From: the human T2T-CHM13v2.0 reference genome, Homo sapiens
Assembly (NCBI RefSeq): GCF_009914755.1
Contig: NC_060926.1
DNA length: 64,000 nucleotides
Reading direction: 5' to 3' (one strand)
In this document: piece by piece, positions 1 through 11,800 of the stretch
Numbering within the stretch: the first letter of the stretch is position 1
How the letters are laid out: each line of letters opens with the position of its first letter
Position numbers and translations under genes: made by a program
The notes under the pieces: model-generated
The model's database searches: none
What the model saw: the letters and a program-made list of their open reading frames with translations, nothing else
Told to the model about the DNA's origin: nothing

Positions 1-325
1 AATTCTGATTTTTCTAAAGACTAACATAATATTTACACACATCACAGAACAAAATTGCAAGTTTCCTTTTAAGACACACATTTTTAAATATGTAAAATCC
101 TTTGACAATTGGCTAAAACTGGGAAGAAGAATATTGTTAAAGAGCTTTATTGATTTAGGACATTCTTTGCCTGGGTGCATTTTTTTTTTAGTTTTACCTC
201 CAGCAAAAAATATTAATAATAATTCAAAGCATAACTTTTCAAAATCTGGGCATGTATAAAAAAGGACTTAAAAGTTTTCCTTCATTATGCTATTATTTAT
301 ATATGTTAATAAAAATATATTTTAC

Positions 326-400
326 CTGCAAAATCTGTGTGGGGGATATTTCACCATTGGTTTCAGTTGCAAAAGATACCATATGCTCTGGAAAAAAATA
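326..400 (-). CDS. GRB14: GRB14 coding exon (75 nt, phase 0-0), YFFPEHMVSFATETNGEISPTQILQ, RA-PH linker
   Basis: Reverse complement reads ttttgacag|TATTTTTTTCCAGAG...ATTTTGCAG|gtaaaa with canonical AG/GT. The translation continues GRB14 directly after ...FFKNPM. Missed by the ORF track. Confidence 0.95.
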
Positions 401-484
401 CTGTCAAAAAGACACAGTTAAATTATCACAAAATTCATGCTAGAAAAGATTCAATTATGACCAATATAGTAATCAAAAGCAAAA

Positions 485-1050
485 GTTCTTTAAACTGGTG
501 TGACTAAAATTCACCCAAAAGTGCTTTTGAAAATGCCCGTCCTTAGACTCTACTCATAGGTACCTTAATGAGAATGTCTGGAGTTGGGCACAAAGATTAG
601 CAAATGCCCCCAGATAATGCTGATGTGGATGGATTCAAGTATCTGGAGTTATAAAACACTGCCCTGAAGTTGACAATGTGCTTGCTCCCACATCTTATTC
701 CTGAGTCCCGCAACCAGCCTATCAGGTCAAAAGGACTATCCATGACATTTTACAAGGAACAGGCTCACAGAAGTACAGAGTTTAGGGTATGCCCAAGGTC
801 ATAGCCCACAGCACAGTGGAGGTCAGGACTTAAACTGGGCTGGGAGCTAAAAGTCCAGTTCTTTCTACCTACCATTTTTCCAAACTTTTTAATCATAAAA
901 TTCACCCAGGGCAGTTGTTTAAAATAGGAATTCCCAGGCCTCATTCCTGGAGTTTCTGATTCAGTAGATCCGGGCAAGTCCTGGATTCTATGTTTTTAAT
1001 AAGCACTCTCCCCTCAGTAAATTTTATGATTAGACAAGTTTGGGAAAATA
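485..1050. mobile_element. Two MER5-like (hAT-Charlie) fossils (about 485-662 and 875-1050) flanking a MIR fragment (about 690-870)
   Basis: MER5 motifs (ttctgattcagtag, caagtttgggaa, aaacactgccct) and MIR core (ttttacaaggaacaggctcacaga...gcccaaggtcatagc). Confidence 0.6.
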
Positions 1051-1073
1051 TATTCTACTATATTTCCTCTAGG

Positions 1074-1270
1074 ACAGGGTTTTTCAACAGTAGTTCTACT
1101 AACATTTTGGTCTAATAATTCTGTGTTGAGGGGGGGCACTCCTGCATATTATAGATGTTTAGAGTATTCCTATCCTCTGCTCACTAGCAGCCCTCCCCTC
1201 TACTGCCAGTTGTGACAACCAAAAATGTGTCCAGACATTGTCCAATCACCTCCCAGTTAAGAACCACTGC
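1074..1270 (+). mobile_element. MER20 DNA transposon
   Basis: Diagnostic ccagttgtgacaaccaaaaatgtgtccagacattg...gttaagaaccactg. Confidence 0.8.
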
Positions 1271-2335
1271 AATAGGTCTACAAAACAAATGTCCAGCCTT
1301 GTTTAAATAAAAAATAAATAAAAAACAAGCATTGAACAATATTTCTTTAAATATATCTTTTTAAATTCTTGTCTTTAATAAGGACTCACAACAAAAAGAA
1401 ACACTTTCTCTTCACAGTTGAATTTATTTAATTTTTATTATGACTAATTTTCTTTGCCAAAGATCATCCCATTATGTTTCTATTAATAGGTTAAGATAAA
1501 AGACAACGTGAGAGGTCTTTCAGGGTTTGAAAATATTCTATTATGGTGTGTATCATATATTTTTCATAAAGAATCATTTCAATCCAATTATCATCCAAAA
1601 CTTAGTGTAAAAATATGCTTCAGCTGCAGAGACAAAAACAATTTAAAATAATGAGCCCAGAGGCTATTCTGACTTTTCTAGATCCCTAGTCTTCATTAGA
1701 ATGTGACACACATTTATTTTCTTTTAAAGAGAACTACAATGAAAGTAGTATTTACTAGATAATGCACTGGTCTTTATCTCATTTCTACTTAGTTCAAAAA
1801 TTACTGCACCGAAAACAAAATAATTTGGAATAGCAAGATTCATGTCAATCTTAATTTCTGGCTAAGTTATAATACTCTCAACAATCATTAGTCTGCTTTT
1901 ACTTTAGAAAGCTATTTAAATTTCCTAAATTCTATAGAAAGTGTTAAGATATAATATTTTGCTTAACACTTGTTCCTAATCTGGGTGAGAACCTATAGAA
2001 ATTCATTTCCCACATCAAATGTATAATTGTTACCTTTTCACAAAAGGCAAAACTAGGTTTCCTAATACTTTTAAATTAAATAAACCAAATTCATCTCAAT
2101 TCAGACTTTACCAATACGGCTTTAAAAAGTTTTGCACCTGTGTATCTGAACTTCTGTGTATAATGTTCACTAATCATTGTTAGCATAAGAAATATGGGTA
2201 TAATTTCAAAGGACCAGAGTCTTCATCTACAATTTACCGAATAGGACTGTATTTTATTTACAGTGACTATCTTCTTCACATAAAATTTAACGGGTTCATT
2301 TATTTTCCGTAACTATTAGGAGGGATTTCACTTAC

Positions 2336-2457
2336 CATTGGGTTTTTAAAGAACTCATATTTGGCATAATTTTTTCTAAAGTATAGTTTGTTTTCTTCTT
2401 CTATCCCCCAGTTGGATAGCACTTCAATCACCAGTTCGTGGTCTTCTATTGTTCTTT
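2336..2457 (-). CDS. GRB14: GRB14 coding exon (122 nt, phase 1-0), (E)[41 protein letters not shown]-terminal half of RA domain
   Basis: Acceptor ctttacag|AA and donor ATG|gtaagt. The peptide is recognisable as the GRB14 RA domain and lies within ORF 2300..2548. Confidence 0.97.
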
Positions 2458-2494
2458 CTGTAAAGAATGTTTCAATGAGTATGTTGACAGATAG

Positions 2495-2498
<4 letters not shown>

Positions 2499-2541
<43 letters not shown>

Positions 2542-2545
2542 GACA
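2499..2545. repeat. (AT)17 microsatellite followed by short (CA)n
   Basis: Perfect atatat run 2499-2533, about 40 bp from the exon acceptor at 2458. Confidence 0.95.
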
Positions 2546-3189
2546 CATACAAACATATAAAATGTATTACGCATCTTTGTTAAACATAGCAGATTTCAAC
2601 TTAATTATGAGATAGCCAGATTGATAAAATTTGTCATCAATTTTCAATTACTAATGTTCATTTTTATACCAAAGCAGACTGTTGTCTAGAAAGAAAAAAA
2701 TGTATAAAATATCATAATGTACTTTTTGTTATCTCAATTTCCTTTTATTACTGTGTAAATAATATAAGTTTGATAACACATCTGCATTAAGTATATGGGA
2801 ACTATTTTTTTCTCTGACTCATCATGGTGCCAAAACTAAAGTATTTATTTCAAGGTTGGACAATTCACCTCATTAAGAGATGAAGAATTTTGACAGGTTC
2901 ATGTGCATTTAAGACTGTCCAGACTAATCTGGATAGCTGAGAAGAATTAAAATAAATGCTTTAAAGGAAAATTTTAATACAAGAAGATACAGGTTTTTTT
3001 TAAGAAGCCCAATTCCTTGGGGCACTTTATACTTTCAAAGCTAATACCAAGGAAAATATATTTTGTATTAACAATGAAGATAATTAAGTGGGTGGGAAGG
3101 CACTTGGCAGAAAAGGCACTTAAATGAAGTAAGCAAAGGCAGTTTTAAAGAGGTGACTATAACATGCGAAATTCCTATTTTTATAAGAA

Positions 3190-3630
3190 ACTGTGAGGAT
3201 GTTGACAGTAGTATTATTCATAATAGCCCCAAACTTGAAACTACCCAAATGCCCACTGACATGAGAATGAACAAGTAAATTGTGTAAAAGCACACAGTGA
3301 AAATATACTACAACAACCCACAACAGTATGGATAAATACTGCATTTCATGAACACAATATTTAATTAAAGAATCCAGACACAGATAGTATATACTGCATG
3401 ATTCTACTTACATAAGGTTCAAAACAGCAAAATTAATCTACAGTGCTAGAAAGGGTTTTGGAGACATTAAGTAAGTGGGGGCATGAACGGAATCACTGGG
3501 GTGAGTACAATACTGTTTCTTGATCTTGGGGTTGGTTACTCCAGTATATGTAATATCTGAGAGTCCATTGAGTTGTGCACACTTGGTTTGTACACTTTTC
3601 TTAATGTATGCCATACTTCAATAAAAGGTG
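3190..3630 (+). mobile_element. Old L1M (L1ME/MC-like) 3' end
   Basis: ttattcataatagccccaaacttgaaactacccaaatgccc...atactgcatgattctact...tacttcaataaaa. Confidence 0.7.
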
Positions 3631-4169
3631 GAGAAAAGAAAAGAAACTGGAAATTACCAATGCAAAATAGGAAATGGAGAACAACCAAATAAGGAATATG
3701 GAAACTCTCTGCTGTTTTACTGTTTCTAGGATGTTTTTAAAAAGCATTTATGTCTCAGAAATTCAACATTCAGTAGTGATTTGTGACCTACAACACCCAA
3801 ACTCTTGAAAGTAATATCATTCTTAAATAGACATTTATTCATCCAAAAAAGAAGTTCAGGTAAGAGTGTTCAATGAATATGGATGAGTTTGAGCTAAGTA
3901 TATATCAACACTTGGGGTTCTATTCCTAACTCTGATTGCTCCTTTTCTATCCCATCGACTGGCTCCACTAGCTCCTTCTCCTCCTACAATCTTGGTTCAA
4001 CTCTTTTCTTTCTCCCCCTATAAATTAATCCATTCTCACCTCTTCAACCATCTAATTTGTCAGGTTTTCTGAAGTGAAATCTCTGGCTATAATTGTTCTC
4101 ACCCATGCTCCTGTCCTAACTACTATACTGTGCACCACCTCAAATACAGTATGTCTAAAACCAAAGTCA

Positions 4170-4750
4170 AAATATTACACATAAAATTACCATAGGATCA
4201 GCAATTTCACTTCTGGCTGTTTACTCAAAAGAAGCGAAAGCAGGGACTCAAACAGAAATTTGTATACCAATGTTCATAGCAACATCATTCACAATAGCCA
4301 AAAGGTGGAAACCTAATGTCCATGTCCATGAACAATGAATAGATAACAAATGTGGTATACGCAGTACCTACAATGGAATATTCAGCTTTAAAAAGGAATG
4401 TAATTCTGACACATGCTACAACATAGATGAACCTTGAAGCTATTTTGCTAAGTGAAATAAGACAAATACAAAAGAACAAATGCTGTATGATTCCACTTAT
4501 ACAAGGTACCTAGAATAGTCAAATTCATAGAGATAGAAAGTAGAATGGTGGCTGCCAGGGGTAGGAGGGAGTAGGGAATAAAGGGTTGTTGTTTAATTGA
4601 TGCAGAGTTTCAGTATGAGAAAATTAAAATATTTCAGAGATTGATGGCCAGTCGTGATGGTTGCACAACAATGTGAATTCATATAACGCCACTGAACTGT
4701 ACACATACAAAATTTCAAATGGTACCAAAAAACTTTTTAAACTTAAAAAC
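4170..4750 (+). mobile_element. L1MB-like 3' end inserted in an L2 fragment
   Basis: aatgttcatagcaacatcattcacaatagccaaaaggtggaaac...gtgatggttgcacaacaatgtgaat...ccactgaactgtacac. Confidence 0.8.
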
Positions 4751-5371
4751 GAAACAAAGTCATCTACATTTTTCCCTTTCAAATGACTTTTTCTTCCTAA
4801 ATTATCCCGTCTCCATTACTGTCATTTTTACCACATTCCGTCAAAAAAAGTAGACTACAACTCACCTTTGCAACTTTCTCTACGTCTGCTCCAATATCTT
4901 CTACTCCTGAAATTCTCAGATAGCAGGGATTCTTTCTCTGAGTGTCTCTTACACAACAAACAACCCCCACACCAGGTCCCACTGTCACCATTTCAATTTA
5001 GACCTTTGCCTTTTGTTGTTCAGCCTAACTAATCTTCAAGCCTCTACTTTCTCATTCTTCTAATCCAACGTGGACACCGATAGCATAGCAAACCTCCTAA
5101 AACATGTGTATGAATGTGAACCCTGCCCAAAAAGCTTGTCTGCTTCTGCCTGTTATAGATAAATGCATATAGTCTGGCAGTTAGTTATAACTTAGTCATT
5201 TGTTCATCCATTCAACAAATATTTGTTGAAGGTTCACAGTATGTCAAAAACTCATCTTAGGGCTAAAAATTTTGTAGTGGAGAAGACAGTAACAAAATAA
5301 CTGCCCTCACGAAGCTTTCATTCTAATGGGAATACATGGACAATAAATAAAATGTGAATCATAAAAAGTAG

Positions 5372-5767
5372 TGGTCTTAATCCATTTTTTGTTGCTGTCA
5401 AGAAATACCTGAGGTTGGGTAATTTATATAGGAAAGGGGTTTATTTGGCTCATGGCTATACAGGAAGCATGGTAGCAGCACCTGCTTCTGGTGAGGTCTC
5501 AGGAAGCTTACAATCATGCAGGAAGGTAAAGGGGGAGCAGGCGTGTCACACGGCAAGAGACAGCAATAGACATGCCAGGCTTTTTTGAACAACCAGCTTT
5601 TGTGTGAACAAATAGAGTGAGAATTCACTCATTACCACAAGGATGGCACCAAGTCATTCACAAGAGACCTGCCCTCATGACCCAAACACCTCCCACTAGG
5701 CCCACCTCCAACACTGGGGATCACATTTCAACATGAAATTTGGAGGGGCATATATTTAAACCATAAT
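5372..5767 (-). mobile_element. MST-family MaLR solo LTR within L2 sequence (about 5190-6500)
   Basis: aatacctgaggttgggtaatttat...acccaaacacctcccactaggcccacctccaacactggggatcacatttcaacatga. Confidence 0.85.
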
Positions 5768-6935
5768 AGTGGTGATAAACCTTACAGGGAAAAATAGAGC
5801 AGCGAAGAGAGAGAAAGTGCTGAGGACAGGGGATAGGAATCCATTTCCATCAGCTTATCAAGAAGGCCTCATTGAGAAGGTAATGTTTAAACAGAGACCT
5901 AAAGGAGAAGAGGACAGGAGCCAAGCAGATAGAGAGGAGAAGCAAGAAAAAAAAACCCTTGAGGTGAGAGAAAGGCTGGTATGTTTGAAATACAGCCAGG
6001 AGGTTAGTGTGGCTAATGCTGAACAAGGAAAAGGGGTTATCCCAGGAGAAGAAGTTAAGGAAATAATGGGGATGAGATAGTGGGTTGTAGAAAGCCCTGC
6101 AGTCTATAGTAAGGGCTAGGCTTTTCCTCTGTGTTAGATGGGAAGTCATTTTGAACACAGGAATAACATGAACTAACAAGTTTCAATAGGATCACACTGT
6201 GGAGCAGAAAACTGATTTTAAAAGGCTGAAAGCACAAAGACCATTTGGTAGGCTATTGGAACTAACCCCAGGAGAGATGATGCAGCTTACATTAGCATGG
6301 TAGCAGTTGATGTGGTTAAAAAAAATACACAGAATCTTGATGTATTTTGAAGGTAGGGACAACAGAATTCACTGACAAATTGGATATGGAGTGAAAAAGA
6401 AAGTACTTGAGGAAGACATCAAGGTTCTCAGCCTTAGCACTTGGAAGGATGTGTTACCAGTAATAAGCTAGAAAAACTGCAAGACAAACTGGAGGGACAT
6501 CCAGTGATCACTGAGCTACCAAGGGGGAAGTTGCATCCTTAAAAATCTGTCCTTACTTCTGTTTACTTTTCACACAAACTCAGCTGGTATTTTCAAGATT
6601 ATGAAACACAGGTACACATTATTAAATGCACTATGTGCTAAGCACGGTATCTGTATTCTTTGCAACTGCAGTGGGAGACAATTTCAAGATATCAACAAAG
6701 ATGCTTGTTTGTTTGTTTGCTTTGCCAACCTGTGTTTCCTTGGACCCATTACCTTCCTCTACCTCTAAGAAAATAGTAGGAATTCTGCCCTCATACTACA
6801 CTATAAAGAAAGGAAAAAATAGCAAAGAGGCATTTTGTTGTTTTTTTGAGTGTCACAGTAGACTTTATCAATTTTTGACAAATATAATTATTTAGGAAGA
6901 AGCATGCCTAGTCAATCCTCCATTGTCACTTGTGG

Positions 6936-7060
6936 GGACCCACCCTCTGCCCTCTGAGAAAGGAGGCAGAGTTAAAGGGTTATTGAAGGAAACTGGTGGA
7001 GTGGATGGAGACTGTGAGGGAACTAGATGGTAACTGGATGGTGTAGGTCCCAAGTGACCC
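6936..7060 (+). repeat. Copy 1 of a local ~125-bp direct duplication (copy 2 at 8191-8310)
   Basis: Both read ggacccaccctctgccctctg...gaaggaaactggtggagtgga...ggatggtgtaggtcccaagtg with few substitutions and one 4-bp indel. Confidence 0.95.
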
Positions 7061-7700
7061 CATATCCTGCCTCCTTCCTGAACAGAACCCTCTATGAGTT
7101 GTAAGACTCCGGATAGGTTTAACAGTGGTATGTGGCTCAAATCAGAGCATAGACTTAGGAAAGTCTATACCCTGCCCTTAAATAGAAGCCCTTCACCAAG
7201 CATGACAGAGAAGCAATAGCTAAGTACAATGTCAAGTCCACAGCATCCCAGTACGGGGCAAGAGTATTGTAGTGCCACATTCCTGAGAAGAAATGTGGAA
7301 GGACTAAAGGAAGACCATGAACCTAAGGGTCATCATGATATAAGCAATAAGCTTAAAAAGCAGGAGTTTCTACAACATGAAGACAACAGTTGGATAAAAG
7401 TTAGACAGATATCCCTCTGGGGATTTACATGTCCCAACAGAGTGCTGGAGGAGTGAAGGTAGGTCTAAACCTTCAACTGAACACATTTCAAACGTGTATG
7501 GAACTCATTGATAAAAACTGCATTGATTATTTTCCCCAAAAAGACTAAGAACAATCCAGAGAACAAACAAATAATAGAAGAATAACCTGTCTGTTCTTAA
7601 GCCAGGTTACTCAGTATCAGAAACTAATTCAAAATACAGTAATTTCTGCATGTCTGAGTCTGACAGCTGTTTCATTATTGTATTTAATTCTTATAATACC

Positions 7701-8117
7701 TGTAGTAAGCTAAATAATGGCCCTAAAGATATCAGGTCCTAATCTCTAGAACCTGTAAATGTTGCCTTATGTGGTAAAGCCTCTGCAGATGTCATTAAAT
7801 TAAGGATGTTGAAATGGGGGGAATATCCTGGATTAAGGTAGGACCTAAATCCAATCACATATATCCTTTTAAGACAGAGGCAGGTGATTTAACACAGACA
7901 GAAGAGGAAAAGCAATGTGATCAGGGAAGCAGAGGTTCAAGTGAAATCATCACAAGCCAAGGAATGCTAGTAGCCAAGAGAAGCTGTTAACGGGCAAGGG
8001 GTGGAATCTCCCTAAGGTTCTTGGAAAGAATGTGACTCTCCAGAACTGTGAAAGAATACATTTCTATTTTTTAAGCCACCAAATTTGTAATTTGTTACAT
8101 AAGCCTTAGGAAATCAA
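7701..8117 (+). mobile_element. MLT1 (MLT1D-like) MaLR LTR
   Basis: tgtagtaagctaaataatggccctaaagatatcaggtcctaatc...ttaagccaccaaatttgtaatttgttac. Confidence 0.8.
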
Positions 8118-8190
8118 TATAATAATGTAATAAGCAAGTTATAGTTCCATTTTACAGATAGAAACAGAGGTTCAGAATAGCCATGTATAT

Positions 8191-8333
8191 GGACCCACCC
8201 TCTGCCCTCTGGGAAACGAGGCAGAGTTAAAGAGTTATTGAAGGAAACTGGTGGAGTGGAGACTGTGAGGGAGCTGGATGGTAATTGGATGGTGTAGGTC
8301 CCAAGTGCCCCCTCTTGTAGGTCCCAAGTGCCC
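8191..8333 (+). repeat. Copy 2 of the local duplication plus an 18-bp terminal re-duplication
   Basis: Matches 6936-7060. tgtaggtcccaagtgccc occurs at 8293-8310 and 8316-8333. Confidence 0.95.
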
Positions 8334-8359
8334 AGGTTGAATGACAACCACATGTCTGA

Positions 8360-8831
<472 letters not shown>

Positions 8832-11800
8832 CCAATTCTTTTATTTTGAAAGGTATTCAATAAATATTTGCTAATTAACTGAAAGTAAATCACATTTTAA
8901 GTGTAAGGGACAAAACAGTAATGGGCAAGATTTCAAATTATGTCAATCTTCAAAGTACAAATCATTTGAATTTGGACTGCATCAAAAAAGAAAATAAAAC
9001 AAAAAAGGTTGAAAAATCAAACTACATTTGAACAGCTATGACAAATGTGTAACTAAAGAACTAAGCAGGTTCGGTGGCTCATGCCCATAATCCCAGCTAC
9101 TCAGGAGTCTGAATATAAAAAAGAACTAGCGTAATGTGTATGGTTACCAAGAAGTGGAATCTAGTCAGGGGTTTTGTTGACTACATGCAAATAAAAACCA
9201 GAATACCAATCTTGAAAAAATAAAATAAAGGATAAAAGATTTGCAGAAAATGTCACAGAACTATAAAACTGAGTATTTACATACTGCAATTACTAGCACT
9301 AGGAAAATAATCTGGTAATCTTAAGAAAAATACATCTTTTAAAAAGCCATCAAGAAATAGAGTATGTGAGAAAGCCAAAGACATACATTCCATTCCTTCG
9401 AAAAAAGATTTCTAGTACTATTCTATCAAAAATTCAGATAACATATTAAGGAAGCTAATAAAAGTCAAGTGGATTGAATGCAGCTATAGTTTTTTACCTT
9501 ATATACTAGCCTGGTAATGAAGATATAATTTTCTTATTGTAGAAACTGATTTTTAGAAATTATATTACATATTCTTTTTAAATTTATATATCACCATCCC
9601 AATTTGCATGAATTGTACCTTCCCCCAACCAATCTCATTATGTTAAAGGATTAATGTTACAATAATCCAAATAACCCTGGGAGGCATAATTGAATATCAG
9701 TTAATCACATCTCACATAAAATTAGCATTTCTTTTTTCAATGCAGATATCTGACTAAATACAGGCCCTAGTAGACAGAAAATTCAACAGGAATATACAAG
9801 ATGACTAGATGGACTACTTTGAGAAGAAAATAAAAACGCTGCAAAAGGAGGTGAAATGTTGCTGAAGACCAACTTTCTCTTGCCTTGGTCTAGCCAAAAA
9901 ACACCATCACCAAGACCTAAGAAAAGGGAAAACAAAACAAAACACTAAAACAAAAGGCCTTTAATAAACTTTCTTGGACCTTTCTCCTACCAAGCAAATT
10001 TTAACCAAGTAAGTAATCCTACTAAGTTATTTATCATTTATTTCAAATATCAAAAAGGAACAATATGAATTCTACAACTAGGGGCTCTTTGCTGCTATGT
10101 TCAAAACCCAGAATGAACTCAGGTACTTTTTGAATTACCATTTGAGAAGTGACCACAGGTAGGAATCACATGAATTCAAAATTATTATTTTAGACTTTAT
10201 TTTTAAAACTTTATAAAATCCATCTAAAATACTATAATAAAACATGTTATTAAAACTTCACAGATACAAGTCTATTTAAAATAAAACTTTCTGACGTTAT
10301 TTTTCGGGCATTGGAAAGTAAATTACAATTGTCAACTACCACTCATATGTAGGTAGAAAAATAGGAGGGAAGCCCTCTTAAATTACTTCAACATAGCAAT
10401 CAAGAAGATGGAAAAAGAAAAGCTTCAAAAGCATTTTAAAGGCTTTTTCAAAACAAAAACAAAAATTTCCTATTGCCTTAAGTTGTGTTTTTTGTTTCTA
10501 ATAGGTCAGTGAGGTCTTATGGTAATAAAAAGAAATATTACCAAATAATGATAACTACATGTAATTCTGTTTTTGAATTTTCAGAAACTCTTTCTTTAAA
10601 AAAAGAAAAAGAAAAGAAAAAAGAAGAAGAAAGCAAGAAGTTTCTTCTGAAACTGTTGATTTAACATCAAAGTCTTTTTAAAAACCTCAATCCTCCAAGA
10701 ATGGAGAGTGCTCACCTGTGACCTTCTGCCTGGATTTCTTTGCTGAATCTACTGCCAAGTACAGCGTGGAGCTCAAATAGAAACCTGAGTCCCTACTCTT
10801 CTCTCACTTGATAAGAGAAGAAACAAAAGTGGCTTTTACCTCTAATTCGCTCAGAAAACAATTTTTTGAATACCTTTTTTACAGGAAACTCCAGGAGACA
10901 AATGGTCCTTGTACTTCTCTATGCTGGGTAGAAACTACATACATTTTGTCAATCTTATTTTCAGATAAAAATGAACAGCCTCTGGCCAAGCAAAACAAAA
11001 ACTGGAGAAGCAAAGAATAAAACACAGCTCAATTTCTAAAAGGTTCCTTAACCTAAGAATACTACTTAATACCAGCAGGATCCCTCAGAAAATTGCCATC
11101 AGACACATTCAACTCCCCAAGTGCAATAATAGGAAAATTGTGACACTTCAGCTTGATGGCTATAAAGCCCTGCAGTTCATTCTTCTGCGAGGGGAAATAG
11201 TCTCCAATTAACTCCGACCCAACCATTGGAACTTATATTCAGAGGCAGCCTTATTTTTCCACAAAAATGCCTGCATATATATGATCTCGAGTTGACTGGG
11301 TAAATATCTGAAGAGCTTACAGACAGCTTCCATTAATTCGAAGGTTCTCACAGCATTCTTTGAGGACTCAAGAGTAAATTCTATCTGAGCACAGCATGTG
11401 ATTTCTTTGGCTTCTTTTCCAAGCCTATTCCTTCTATGTACTTTGTAATCCATCCTTTTAATTTTTTGATATAAATGCCTTACAGTTTAGTATGACTTAG
11501 TTCCAAACACATTTATTTGTCTTAGACCCTGGGTTACAAAGATGCAGTGTACAGAGAGTCCCAGCTCCATGGAATTACTGTCTAATTTTAATAATTTGAT
11601 CACTGTTAAGATAGTTGTAGAAACTGTTACAGCAGCAAAGAAGATGTGTATTTTGTCCAACTTGGGGCTTCAGAAAGATGTCTGAGCTAAGGCTTTAAAA
11701 ATCTCTTTAAAAGTTTTTAAAATTGTGTTTATTTCTTTTTTCTGATTATTAAAATAATACATTCCATTAAAGGAAATTTTACAAATACAGATAACTTACA

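Noticed and set aside
252-443. 63-aa plus-strand ORF
   Set aside because: It is the antisense shadow of the real minus-strand GRB14 exon at 326-400.
9063-9112. Short Alu-like fragment
   Set aside because: About 50 bp and degenerate, too short to classify or interpret.
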